Shown: positions 1 through 13,891 of the stretch, piece after piece
Layout of the letters: each line of letters begins with the position of its first letter
Numbering within the stretch: position 1 is the stretch's first letter
Origin: Pristiophorus japonicus
Taxonomy: Eukaryota
NCBI RefSeq assembly: GCF_044704955.1
Contig: NW_027252668.1
Location: 5,890,001 to 5,954,000, forward strand
Length of the DNA stretch: 64,000 nucleotides
Direction: 5' to 3'
Position numbers and translations under genes: made by a program
Notes under the pieces: generated by a model
What the model was told of the DNA's origin: nothing
Database searches by the model: none
Seen by the model: only the letters and a program-made list of their open reading frames with translations

Positions 1-1075
1 GCAGATTAAATCCCACTCTCACATCCATGAAAGTGACAGGTACAGATTATACTCCACTCTCATATACCAGCCACAGATTGGCAGGTACGGATGAAATCCC
101 ATCCTCACATACCAAGGCCAGAAAAATAGAGAAAAGCCCACCCTCACATACCAGAAAATGATAGATACAGAATAAAACCCACATTCACACACCAGAATCT
201 GACAGGTACAGATTTTGATTAAATCCACACTCGCATACCAGAAATGACAGGTACAGATTAATCCCTACACTCACATACCTGAAACTAACAGGTACAGATT
301 AAATCCCACACTCATATACCAGAGACAGACAGCTACAGAATAACCCCACACTCACAAAGTGGAAACTGAAGGGTACAGATTTAACACAACATTTGTATAC
401 CAGAAACAACCAGGTACAGACTAAATCTAACACTCACACACCTGAAACAAAGAGGTACCGAATATCCCCCACACTCACTGACAGGTACAGAATAAACATT
501 ACACTCACATACTCAGGCAGAAAGGTACAGAATAAACCCCACACTTACATATCAGAACCTGCCAGGTACAGATGAAACCCAACTCTCACATACCAGAATC
601 AGACAGATGCAGATTAAACTCCACACTCGCATACTAGAGACTGACGGGTATAAAATAAATCCAACACTCGCATACCAGAAATTGACAAGTACAGAATAAA
701 ACACACAACTCACATACCAGAAACAGATAGGTACAGATTAAACTCCACAGTCAGATATCAGAAACTGACAGGTACAGATTAAACCCCACTCTCATACACC
801 AGAAATGACAGATTAAACCCCACTCAGATACCAGCCACAGATGGACAGGTACAGATGAAATCCCACACTATCATACCAGAGGCTGCCAGGTAGAGAATAA
901 AACACGCACTCCCATACAGAAACTGACAAAGTGCAGAATAAACCCACACACATATCACAGAGACAGACAGAAACAGAATAATAATCACATACCAGAATTT
1001 GACAGGTGTATAATAAAACCCAAATTCGCCAGTAACTCAGGTAAAAAAACAACACTCACATATCAGCGACTGATA
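1..1075. repeat. Degenerate ~42-bp tandem satellite (ACAGGTACAGAATAAAACCCACACTCACATACCAGAAACTG-like)
   Basis: Recurring ggtacaga...cactcacataccagaaactgac units; related arrays at ~18.7-20.2, 49.7-50.4 and 51.6-52.2 kb. Confidence 0.85.
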
Positions 1076-1146
1076 GCTATAAGAATTAGGAGAAGGCCAA
1101 AAGGACTCTGGAGCCTGCTCCACAATTCAATAGGATCATGGCTGAA

Positions 1147-1283
1147 CTGCCCAATATCCAGGCAGTGCTTCTGACAAAGAAATCCAAGGCTGGGTTCAGT
1201 AAGAACAAGTAAAGTGGACAAGATTTAATCTAATACCACGTTGGTTCTTTTCAGAGCCACCCACTCTATCTGTGAAAGGGCTG
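1147..1283 (+). pseudogene. H2A: Histone H2A 3'-end remnant
   Basis: Encodes [21 protein letters not shown] (stop 1210-1212); histone stem-loop GGTTCTTTTCAGAGCC at 1243-1258 plus purine-rich downstream element; 5' part replaced by an inverted CR1 tail (1081-1146). Confidence 0.85.
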
Positions 1284-1329
1284 GTTACTGTCTGAAGAAA
1301 CTGATCTATTGATCACAATCTTATCAGCT

Positions 1330-1745
1330 GTGCTTCAGGTGGGAGCACCCTCACTTTTGAGTCAGAAAGTTGTGGGTTCAAGTCCCACTCCAGGGTCTTG
1401 AGCAGAAAAATCTAGGCTGAAACTCCAGTGCAGTGTTGAGGGAGCGCTACATTGTCGGAGGTGACATCGATCGGATAAGACGTTAAACCGAGCCACCGTC
1501 TGCTCTCTCAGCTGGACGCAAAACATCTCATAGCAATATGGGGAGTTATCGCGTCTTATAGGCAATATTTATCCCTCGATCAACACAACACAACAGATCA
1601 TTTGACCATTATGTTGCTGTTTGTGGGAGCTTGCTGTTCCCAAATTGGCTGCCGCGTTACATTACATCAGTGCCTTCTCTTCAAAGTATTTCATTGGATG
1701 TGAAGCAGGTCATGAAAGGCGCTATATAAATCCAAGTCATTATTT
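1330..1745 (+). mobile_element. tRNA-derived DeuSINE (SacSINE1-like)
   Basis: B-box GGTTCAAGTCC; Deu-domain-like core (ggaggtg...agacgttaaaccgag...ctctctcag); tail ggcgctatataaatccaag. Confidence 0.7.
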
Positions 1746-2053
1746 TTCTACTTAATATTAAATCCCGACGATTGATAAACTGGGAGATTCCTGACCAGAA
1801 GTCACCTTCAGTCAATCTCGGGTAGAAAGCGGTCAATGTCTGTTGAACATATAGAAATCGAGATCGGCAAACAGAGCAGCGAGTTTGCTGTTCAGATTCT
1901 AAAATATATATATTATAGGAAAAAATGTATGAACCTTCTTCGTAAGATTTTTGCCTGAAAGCAGAACAGAAACACATAAAGAACAGATATAAATCAGGAG
2001 GTGTTGTAACTGATGACCTCATTCAAGAATTTGAGATTGTGGCGAGCAACAAA

Positions 2054-2190
2054 TTTGATTGGTCTCTTTAAACATCCAATCAGAGAGATACTGAACAATG
2101 GATATTGACAAGCCAATCACAACCATTGCCTTCGCCCATCCCTCATTAGCATAGGGCTGTGGGCGGAGTGTGGGGCTGCCGAGAAATATG
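2054..2190 (+). promoter_or_regulatory. H2B promoter (CCAAT boxes, octamer-like H2B box, GC box; TATA degraded)
   Basis: gattgg/ccaat x3, CTCATTAGCATA at 2142-2153, GGGCGG; the TATAAT seen in the paralogue at 53433 reads gagaaatat here. Confidence 0.7.
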
Positions 2191-2237
2191 GGCTCGGAGC
2201 AGAGTTTCCCCAAATCTGCGCCTGACTGAACGAGTTG

Positions 2238-2685
2238 ATGGCTGACGAAAAGAAAACAGATCTAGCCAAGAAAAGCGCTAAGAAAGTAATCAAGAAAATC
2301 CCAGCGAAGAGCGGCAAGAGGCGCAGAAAAGGTCGAGGAAGGAGAGTTACGCCATCTACATCGACAAAGTGATGAAGCAGGTTCACCCCGACACCGGCAT
2401 CTCCTCCAAGGCCATGGGCAACATGAACTCGTTTGTGAGCGATATTTTCGAGCGCACCGCGGGTGAGGCTTCCCGCCTGGCTCATTACAACAAGCGCCGC
2501 ACCATCAGTTCCCGGGAGATCCAGACCTCCGTGCGCCTGCTGCTGCCCGGGGAGCTGGCCAAGCACGCCGTGTCGGAAGGGACAAAGGCGGTGACCAAGT
2601 ACACCAGCTCCAAGTGTCCTGACAGATCAAACCCCAAACACAACGGCTCTTTTAAGAGCCACCCACAACCTCTCTGAAAGAGCTG
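2238..2685 (+). pseudogene. H2B: Histone H2B pseudogene
   Basis: ATG at 2238; +2 frameshift near 2329 (cgcagaaaaggtcg vs cgcagaaggtcg in the paralogue); 13-bp deletion removes the stop; stem-loop 2645-2660 retained. Confidence 0.93.
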
Positions 2686-3437
2686 CACTCTGTTTACTGT
2701 AATTATTTCCTGAACAAATATATTTGAGAATTTTTACACTTCCAGCTGTAGATTTAATTTTGAATTTTCAGATATCAGTTTAACTGTCCGGTACCACCTT
2801 AGCGTCGCTGGAATTTTCCGCCAACTACAAATACGGTCCCTGGTCGCTGTTTCCCTTTGCTCTCAGACACGTTCATTTACACCGCCTGCCGAATTAATAG
2901 CTTGTTTAGGGGCTGAGACTCAGATTTCAGTCACACATTCTCTCTCGCAAGCCCTTTTCAAGTTTATTTTTCAATTCCTGTTGCGGGTCAGTCCGTTTAT
3001 TAAGCCGACACTCCCCGCAGTGTAACAACCCAGAATGGGAGTTCTTACAGAGACCAGAACCGGGGCAGTTTGAACTCTCTGTCCCTCTTCTCTTTTCACA
3101 GAACGACTCCCAGTTCTGGGCTCACTCCCGCCTTTGCAGGGGATCGATCGATAATCTGTGAAACCCAACTTTTACAAAGATTGAGTTGGACTGTGTTCCG
3201 TTACAGAATCGGTGGGGATTGATTCCCGCCCATTAGACAGTTTGAAATAGTACCCGAATTTAATCCTGATTGTAACAGCCTGGAACTTGCAAGGGGAATA
3301 TGTAAAAGACAAAATTAATTCAAACGTGTTGGGAAATCTTTGACTAATGGTGAATTTATATTAACATAATCCGCTATTTTAAAATTTCTTTGGGTTTTTG
3401 AATTAAAAATCGATATTCTGACTGTTGGAGACAGTAA

Positions 3438-4004
<567 letters not shown>

Positions 4005-4623
4005 AGCGGACAGGATTTAATCTAATAACCCAAAGGCTCTTTTCAGAGCCACCCACACTATCTGTGAAAGGTCTGCTTTCTGTTCTGTGGATCACAATTG
4101 TTCCTGATCTAATTTAATACAAAACATGTTGGGACAGCCGAATATGAAACGGATCATAAGAGCCGAGTATAAAGGAATGAGCGATTGATGGGCAATTATT
4201 CCACAGGGAGAAATATATACATTTGAACACATTGATCCATGCGGACTTTTACCCTTTTTTTAATTTGCGTAAAGGTCAGATACAGATTACAGGCAGTTCG
4301 TCCCCTCTCTGGAATCTGTCCCGGTATGTGCAGTGGGATCAATACACTATCAGCTCTCCCACTTGATAGTTCGCGACCCACATTGGGCGGGTGCAGTGGG
4401 CATCTGACTCAGATTAAAACCTGGAGCAACGCCGCACCGTCAGATATTCACCGCCTACACTACATAAAGCTCCAGTTATAGTAACACTACAAGACGTGCA
4501 CGGTGTGTACACAGGACAGTTTGCCTGGAGCCGGTCGCAACTCTTTCCTTTGCTGATTTGGTGGCTCTGAAAAGAGCCGTTGTTGCACTTGATGCGAAAG
4601 CTTGGAACCCGGGCAGGAGGAGT

Positions 4624-5127
<504 letters not shown>

Positions 5128-5853
5128 TCATAACCCGACCGCCAATCATGTTTCAACCAATCACCGAGAGCGAAAGGGAAGGGCGGGGATTACTGGGCCA
5201 TGATTGACTGAAATGAAACTGACAAGTTCGTCAATTTCAAACAGCCCGCCAATTTCAGAGTCTCAACGAACAGAGATTAAAGAAACTCTAATTTCCCGCC
5301 AGCAGTTTAAGAATCCGGCTCTTTATAACCTCGATGGTGCCCCATTATAAATCACCAATCCCATTCTCTTTAACATTCCGGTTTTAATTCTGTCCCATTC
5401 CCTGATGGGTCTGTAGCGGGCGGGAATACTTCCCCGGTCACTGCAACCTGTAAACACAAAGTCCCGCATCCATCCCGCCAGTGCCGTCCCGTTTCACCGA
5501 TTCTCACACAAAGCTCACATTACAGGATTATCTGAGGGGAGACTGTATCCCCGCCCGCTCATTGTGACCGGGACACCCGGATTTTCTGATCTCATATTAA
5601 ACTATTGTTCTAAAATATTTAATAGTTCCCATATTCCTACAGCGACTGCACTGCAAAAGTACTTCATTGGTTTTCAGAAGTCCGATGACCGTGTAAGGCG
5701 CTATATATATCCAAGTGTTTCTTTCCTTTAATTAAATAGCTGATATAATTTCCCAACAAAACTGTCCACACTGCCATCCCCAGGTCACTGCTCTCTCTGT
5801 GAGGCGGTGGGTGGCTCTTAAAAGAGCCTTGGTGTTGTGCTGGGTGGAGTAGT

Positions 5854-6174
<321 letters not shown>

Positions 6175-6815
6175 TCACTCAAACTGTCGCTGAATGACGA
6201 ACCAACTGCTCCTCGCTCCTTTTTTATAGAGCCGGCCCCGACCTGACTGAGAAAGCGCATAGTGAGAGGCGGGAAGGGGAGGAGACAGAGTGAGAGGTTA
6301 AACAGATAGCGCGGCAGGGGAGGAGAAAGAGTCAAGATTGAGAGACAGAGCAGAGCCCGCCTCTGATCTTCCAGCTCCACCTCCGGCTTTCTGCAACCGC
6401 CAATTTCAAATTGTTTTCTCCACAATACAACCGATACACAGCGCTCCGCACAAGCCCTTACAGACTCGGAATTCATATTCAAGGCTTCCAGGGACCAGAA
6501 GCTTTTAAATAAGGTCCCGGTACAATTCACAATCAGGAATATTCCCGCCTATATAGTCCGTTCGCTATCAATCTCAGACTATTCCATCTCCTCTCACAGA
6601 CCGGTTCAGCACTTTACAAACACCTTATTCCAGCTGATTTGGAGAATTTGGGGTTTGAGTTGTGAGGCGGGGTATCGCCGCCAGTCCCACCGTCTCACAG
6701 AGACTCTTCCCCCTGAATCTGTGAAATGACAATGACCAGGAACTGAGACTGGAGCCGGACTCAAACCCTAGTTACAGTGAGGCCCGGGCCGGACATCCCA
6801 TTCTCTGTGTTTTAT

Positions 6816-7322
6816 TGTAGGCACTGGGGGAGGGGTGGGTGCAGACACTGGGGAAAGGAGTGTGCAGACACTGGGGGGAGAGGTTGGTGCAGACACTGGG
6901 GGAGGGGTGGGTGCAGGCACTGGGGGAGGGGTGGGTGCAGACACTGGGGTAGGGGTGGGTGCAGACACTGGGGGAGCGGAGTGTGCAGACACTGGGGGAG
7001 AGGTTGGTGCAGACACTGGGGGAGGGGTGGGTGCAGGCACTGGGGGAGGGGTGAGTGTAGGCACTGGGGGAGGGGTGGGTGCAGACACTGGGGGAGGAGT
7101 GGGTGCAGGCACTGGGGGAGGGGTGGGTGCAGACACTGGGGGAGGGGTGGGTGCAGGCACTGGGGGAGGGGTGGGTGCAGACACTGGGGGAGGGGTGGGT
7201 GCAGGCACTGGGGGAGGGGTGGTTGTAGGCACTGGGGGAGGGGTGGGTGCAGACACTGGGGGAGGGGCGGGTGCAGACACTGGGGGAGGGTGGGTGCAGG
7301 CACTGGGGGGGGGGTGGGGGCG
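6816..7322 (+). repeat. 24-bp G-rich minisatellite (GCACTGGGGGAGGGGTGGGTGCAG), ~21 units
   Basis: Direct tandem repeats; source of the spurious Pro/Gly-rich ORFs. Confidence 0.95.
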
Positions 7323-7446
7323 TGCAGCCAATGCCAACGAGTCACGAGGGATCCCGCGGTCATTTTCAATGATTTCTATCTGGAATCTGAGCCCGGGACA
7401 GGGATTATTTGATTCCGGGATCAGCTCTTTTCTGAGAGGCGTGGGT

Positions 7447-8029
7447 GGCTCTGAGAAGAGCCTTTGGGTTTAAATGTTTAGAAGTTGCCTTTTTATTTAC
7501 TTTTTGGGTGCTGCTTTCTTGGCCTCTGCTGATTTGGGCGTGGCCTTGACCCTCGGGTTCTCCACCTTTTTGGCCGCCTTCACTTTCTTGGGGCTCTTGG
7601 GCTTCTTCACCGCCGCCTTCTTCCTAGCCGGCCCTTTCGCTGTCTTTTTTGCTGTTAGCGCATTCTTGGTGCTCGTTTTCTTGGCTGCTGCTTTCTTTGC
7701 TGGAGATTTCTTGGCTGCTGCTTTCTTTACTGGAGATTTCTTGGCTGCTGCTTTCTTTACTGGAGATTTCTTGGCTGCTGCTTTCTTCACCTTCTTTCCC
7801 ACTTTCTCCTGGGGATCTGTATTAGTGATTTTGAAGGAGCCCGAGGCGCCCGTGCCCTTGATCTGCTTCAGGGAACCATTCATCACATTATTCTTAATAC
7901 TGAATCTTATCTTGGACCCGCGCTTCTCCACATCCACGCCTTTGGCCGCCAGAGCCTTCTTTATCGTGACCAGGGACATTCCACTGCGATCCTTGCCATC
8001 GGCCACAACCTTGAGGATGTTGGTCGCCC
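7447..8029 (-). pseudogene. H1: 5'-truncated histone H1
   Basis: Homology to the 62703-63377 H1 ends at ggtcgccca (~8029); start codon, N-tail and promoter missing; stem-loop 7447-7462 has a loop substitution. Confidence 0.92.
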
Positions 8030-8477
8030 AGACACAGACAGATACAGTATCAGTGTCTCCATAATACGCTCAGTAACAGTGCCACACCTTCACGTATTGC
8101 ACCAGAGAGAGAAACAGAGACATTATCCGTCTTGCACATCCAACAGTGTTTCCACATCACGCTAAATAACAGTATCCCGCCTTCACAACCAGTACAAGAG
8201 AGAGCGGATAGCAACAGAGAGGCAGAGAGAGGGGAGAGGTCTGAGCGAGAGACAGGAGAGTGCGAGATAGGTCGGTGAGACACAGAAAGACATGCACAGT
8301 ATCAGTTCCAGGCTGACCTGTGAAGTCCCGTTTTATTCTGGAGAGACAGAAGATGAAGTCTCCTCTCTCACTATATTGTACCAGAGACAGACACATTGTG
8401 AATCCCACACTGCGGGACAGTGTCAGAGAGTGAGAGAAACAGTGTCCCACATTTATCAATTGCTTGGCTGTGATCAG

Positions 8478-10500
8478 AGCAGGAGTAGGCCATTTGATCC
8501 CTCCAGCATGCTCTGCCATTCAATAAAATCATGGCTGATCTGATCATGGACTCAGCTCCACTTCCCTGCCCACTCCGCATAACCCTTTTGTTATATCCGT
8601 ATACTTGTATTTACTCTATACAGCCACCAGAGGGCTCATCCCCTGGAGTCTCAAGGATCCCATAATTCTTTGGGAGCACAGGTATTTAAGGAGGCTTCCC
8701 AGGTTGGAGAGGCACTCTGGAGACCTGCAATCAAAGACAAAGGTCACACTTTACTTTGAGCTCACAGTGTTCAGTCTGACTCTTTCTCCACACACAACAC
8801 CTTTACTCCATTATCGCTCAAAAATCTGACTATCTCCGCCTTAAATATATTCTATGACCCAGACGCCACAGCTCTCTGGCGCAGATAATTCCATAGATTT
8901 ACAACCCTCTGAGAGAAGAAATTCCTCCTCTTCCCAGTTTTAAATGGGCAGCCCCTAATTCTAAGATTATGTCCCCAAGTTTTAGTTGCCCCTATGAGTG
9001 GAAATATCCTCTCTGTATCCATCTTGTCAAGTCCCCTCATTATCTTATAAGTTTCAATAAGATCACCTCTCATTCTTCTGAACTCCAATGTTTTTAGGCC
9101 CAATCTACTCAAACCTATCCTCATAAGTCATTGGCCTCATCTTCGGAATCAACTGAGTGAACCTTCTCTGAACAGCCTCCAATGCAAGTATATCCTTCCT
9201 TATATACGGAGACCAAAACTGTACACAGTACTCCAGATGTGGCCTCACCAATACCCTGTACAGTTGTAGCAGGACTTCTCTGTTTTTATACTCTATCCCC
9301 CTTGCAATAAAGGCCAACATTCCATTTGCCTTCCTGATTACTTGCTGTACCTGCATGCAAACTTTTTGTGTTTCATGCACAAGGATCCCCAGATCGCTTT
9401 GTACTGCTGCATTTTGTAATTTTTCTTTATTTAAATTATAATTTGCTTTTCTATTATTTCTGCCAAAGTGGATAACCTCACATTTTCCCACATTATACTC
9501 CATCTGGAAGTGGACCTGAGTCCATGATAGGATTAGCCATGATCACACTAAATGGCGGACCAGGCTCGAGGGACTATATGGCCTACTCCTGCTCCTATTT
9601 CTTATGTTCTTATGGGCCACATTTATGCTCACTCACTTAGCCTGTCTATATTCCTTTGCAGAATTTTTGTGTCTTCCTCACAATTTGCTTTCCCACCCAT
9701 CTTTGTATCATCAGCGAACTTGGCTAAATTAAACTTGATCCCGTCATCCAGGTCATTAATATTGATTGTAAATAGTTGAGTACCCAGCACCAATCCCTGC
9801 GACACCCCACTAGTTACTGTTTGCCAGCCGGAAAATGACCCATTTATCTCGACTCTCTGTTTTCTGTTCATTAGTCAATCCTCTATCCAAGCATATATTA
9901 TTCCCAATCCCGTGAGCTTTTATCTTGTGCAGTAACCTCTTATGTGGCACTTTATCGAATGCCTTCTGAAAATCGAAATACACCACATCCACTGGTTCCC
10001 CCTTATCCACCCTGCTCGTTACATCCTCAAAGAACTCCAGCAAATTTGTCAAACATGATTTCCCTTTCATAAAAGCATGCTGACTTTGCTTGATTGAATC
10101 ATGCTTTTCCAAATGTCCTGCTACTGCTTCCTTATAATGGACTCCAGCATTTTCCCAATGATAGATGTTAGGTTAACTGGGTGATAGTTTCCTGCTTTTT
10201 GTCTGCCTCCTTTTTTAAATAAGGGTGTTACATTTGCGGTTTTCCAATCTGCTGGGACCACTCCAGAATCCAGGGAATGTTGGTAGATTACAAACAATGC
10301 ATCCACTATCTCTACAGCCACATTTCATAAGACCACAGGATGTAAGCCATCAATTCCAGGCGACTTGTCTGTCTTTCGTCCCATTATTTCACCGAGTACT
10401 ACTTCATTCGTGATAGTGATTGTAATAAGTTCCTCCCTACATATAATCTCTTGATTATCCACTTCGATATTACTCTCAGTGACCGAGTGTTTGACTCTAA
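8478..10500 (-). mobile_element. CR1 LINE 3' half (decayed ORF2), interrupted by a solo LTR and an inverted CR1 tail (9506-9612)
   Basis: RT fragments [31 protein letters not shown]; CR1-type 3' UTR. Confidence 0.9.
8589..8799 (+). mobile_element. Solo LTR (Gypsy- or BEL-type), 211 bp
   Basis: TGTT...AACA termini; 5-bp TSD CCTTT (8584-8588 and 8800-8804); TATTTAA box; interrupts a CR1 3' UTR that is contiguous in the copy at ~24300. Confidence 0.85.
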
Positions 10501-10502
10501 TC

Positions 10503-10752
10503 GAAACATAGAAAATAGGTGCAGGAGTAGGCCATTCAGCCCCTCCAGCCTCCACTGCCATTCAATGAGTTCATGGCTTAACATGCAACTTCAGTACCCC
10601 ATTCCTGCTTTCTCGCAATACCCCTTGATCCCCCTAGTAGTAAGGACTTCATCTAACTCCTTTTTGAATATATTTAGTGAATTGGCCTCAACAACTTTCT
10701 GTGGTAGAGAATTCCACAGGTTCACCACTCTCTGGGTGAAGAAGTTTCTCTC
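10503..10752 (-). mobile_element. CR1 3'-end fragment (same family as 54062-58680)
   Basis: Near-identical reverse complement of ~58430-58670, including the TTTCTATG tail. Confidence 0.9.
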
Positions 10753-10928
10753 ACTAAACTAATCTCGAACATTTTCTGTCAGATATTAACTCCTGCGCGG
10801 TCCGAGCAACAATTCCCACTCCCTCGTCCCTCCGATGTTTTTGCAGGATTGCTTTGTGAAGACGGCTGAATGGGGAGAAATTACAACATGCTGTGGTGCA
10901 GAGGGACCTGGGGGTCCTTGTGCATGAA

Positions 10929-13876
10929 ACTCTTTTGGAGTTTACCTGTTAAACATAAACATTAATCGGTGCCACCCGACCTGGATGACACACCAGATAT
11001 TTACAAGGACCATTTTTTTCTTTTTTGTGTTTTTTTTTCTGTTTTTTTTTGGGCACTAAAATCCAATTTTTTTTTTCCACCAGTGCCCCCTATAAAAGGG
11101 GAGGGGGACACTAAAAGCACCGGCAATTAAAACAAATTAAACTTTAAAACGTAAAATCAAATTAAAATTTGGTTGCCGGGCGTGATGATGCACTCCAGTC
11201 CCTCCGGTGCCTACCTCTCGCGGAAGGCCGCGAGCATACTGGTGGACACCGCGTGCTCCATCTCCAAGGACACCCTGGACCGGATGTAAGAGCGGAAGAG
11301 TGGCAGGCAGTCAGGTTGAACGACCCCCTCGACCGCCCGCTGCCTGGACCGGCTGATGGCACCCATGGCCGTGCCCAGGAGCAGTCCTACGAGGAGGCCC
11401 TCGGACCTACCCGCTCCCCTCCGCACAGGGTGTCCAAAGATCAGGAGAGTGGGACTGAAGTGCAGCCAGAATTTCAGGAGCAGCCCCTTCAAATAATGGA
11501 ACAGGGGCTGCAACCTCGTGCACTCAATAAAAACATGGAACACGGACTCCTCCAGACCGCAGAAATTGCAGGCGGCCTGGGAGTCCGTGAACCGGCTTAA
11601 AAATTTGTTGCACGGCACTGCTCCGTGCACCACCCTCCAGGCCAAGTCCCCGATGAATAGTGGGAGGACCACTGCGTAGAGTGCCCTCCATTGGGGACCC
11701 CCGCCTCCTCCGGATGGCAAGATGGTACGCCATGGCGTGTCCGGACGGCCGGCGAGGATGGCAAAGTTGAGGGTGTGCAGGAGCAGCCCGTACAGGAAAC
11801 CCCTCCGCGCGGAACTGAAAGGCACGGAGGGGATTTCCCCGAGGCGGCTCAAGTTGTGAGGCGCCGGCCCCCGAGGGAGGTTCCGGGGTTTGGCGCCGAT
11901 GAGGAATTCCGTCCGGACGGGGGTCAGTTCGGACGGGATCTCCCCACGTGCTTGAGCCTCCTCGATGCACCTAACGGAGTCAGGGCCCAGAGCTGTTTTT
12001 AGCGACTCGATGGCATCGGCCGCGTGGCGGACGTTGGCAGAGTTTAGGCGCCGCGCCAGCGTGTCTGGCGCCATCCAGCCCGCTCCTCCGCCATCGAGCA
12101 GGTCCCTGACCCTGGTCACCTCACCAGCCACAGCCCTCTCTTCCGACCGCCACATGAAACCTCGGCCGTGGAGGTACGGATTCCCGAGCAGCGGCTCCTG
12201 CAGGACGGCCGCCACTCCAGCCGGCGGAGAGCTGCGCTTAGTGGAGACTTTGTTCCAGACCCTGATGAGTTCCCTGTAAAAGACAGGCAGCTCCTGGAGG
12301 GCGGTCCTGGCACCCCCCAAGTTCACAAACAGGAGCTGCGTGTCATAATTGAGGTCGCGCTGCTGGCGGAAGAAATACCTCGCCAGAGCACACCACCTAG
12401 GAGGGGGCTCGACGTAAAGGTATCTCTGCAGGGTCTGAAGACGGAATGTCGCGAGCTGGGCGCTGACGCACACCAACGACTGACCGCCCTCCTCAAGCTG
12501 GAGACTCAGGACCGCGGCAGAGACCCAGTGCTTCCTGTTGTTCCAGAAGAAGTCCACCAGCTTCTTCTGTATCTTGGCGACAAACGCAGGGGGAGGGGTC
12601 AAAGTGACCAGCTGGTACCACAACATTGCGGCCACCAGCTGGTTTATGACTAGCGCTCGACCCCTGTAGGACAGTACTCGGAGCAGTCCTGTCCAGCGCC
12701 CTAGGCGAGCGGCGACCTTGGCCTCCAGCTCCTGCCAGTTCGCCGGCCAGGCTCCCTCGTCGGGGCTAAGGTAGACTCCCAGATAGAGGAGATGGGTCGT
12801 GCTCCAGGCAAAAGGCCTGAGCTCCTCCGGCAGGGAGTCCACCTGCCACTGACCCACCAGGAGTCCGGAACATTTCTCCCAGTTGATCCTGGCGGAGGAC
12901 GCGGCCGAGTAAATCTCCAGGCACTCACGCAGCCTCCGCAGGTCAGCGGGATCCTCTACCGCGAGGAGCACATCATCGGCATAAGCCGACAGGACGACCT
13001 CCACGCCCGGCCCTTGCAGAGCCAGTCCCGTCAACCTCGTCCGCAAGAGGCGCAGGAAAGGCTCCACGCAAACGGCGTATAACTGGCCGGACATGGGGCA
13101 TCCCTGGCGCACCCCTCTCCCAAAGCCAAGGGGCGCCGTCAAGGACCCGTTAACCTTAATCAGACACTCCGCGGTGGTGTACAAAAGTCAGATCCGGGTG
13201 ACGAAATGCGTCCCGAACCCGAAAGCGCGCAGAGTTCCAAGCAGATAGTCGTGATCCACCCTGTCGAACGCCTTCTCTTGGTCGAGAGATAGGAAGGCGA
13301 CCGACAGACCAGCCTCCTGGGAATGATGGATGAGGTCCCGGACCAGATGGATGTTGTCGTGGATTGTCCGGCCCGGGACCGTGTAGGACTGGTCGGGTGG
13401 ATCATGTGGTCCAGCACGGCACCAAGGCGAGCAGACATCGCCCTGGCGAAGATTTTGTAGTCCGTGCTGAGGAGGGAGACCGGGCGCCAGTTCTTAAGGA
13501 GGCGGAGATCACCCTTCTTAGGCAGCAGGACAATGACTGTCCTGCGCCAAGAGAGGGGCATCTCCCCGGTCGCCAGACTTTCCCCCAGGACCCGCGCGTA
13601 GTCGCTCCCCAGGATGTCCCAGAACGCCCTGTGGAACTCCACGGTCAGCCCGTCCAGCCCCGGGGTTTTTCCCCTCGAGAGCCGGTCGAGGGCACCGGTC
13701 AGCTCCGCCAGGCTTAGCGGAGCTTCCAAATTTTCACCGCCCTCCGGGCTGACTTTCGGCAGGTCCTCCCACAAAACTCTACACGCTTCCTCGCTGGACG
13801 GATCCGGAGAGAACAGAGCCCCGTAATATTCACGGGCCCTGTTGTTGACGCCCTCCGGATCTGAAACGAGAGAGCC
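10929..13876 (-). mobile_element. Tx1-clade LINE copy A, 5'-truncated (RT plus C-terminal CCHC)
   Basis: QGCPMSG, YADD, CNFCGLEESVFHVFIEC; flanked by GTCCTTGTGCATGAA at 10914-10928 and 13877-13891; frameshift near 13395; late stop at 11211. Confidence 0.93.
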
Positions 13877-13891
13877 GTCCTTGTGCATGAA

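Noticed and set aside
1335-1395. tRNA-like A/B boxes as a tRNA gene
   Set aside because: Head of a SINE continuing into the Deu-like core; no cloverleaf.
6768-7473. Pro-, Gly- and Cys-rich ORFs of 185-212 aa in several frames
   Set aside because: Translations of a 24-bp minisatellite that happens to lack stop codons.
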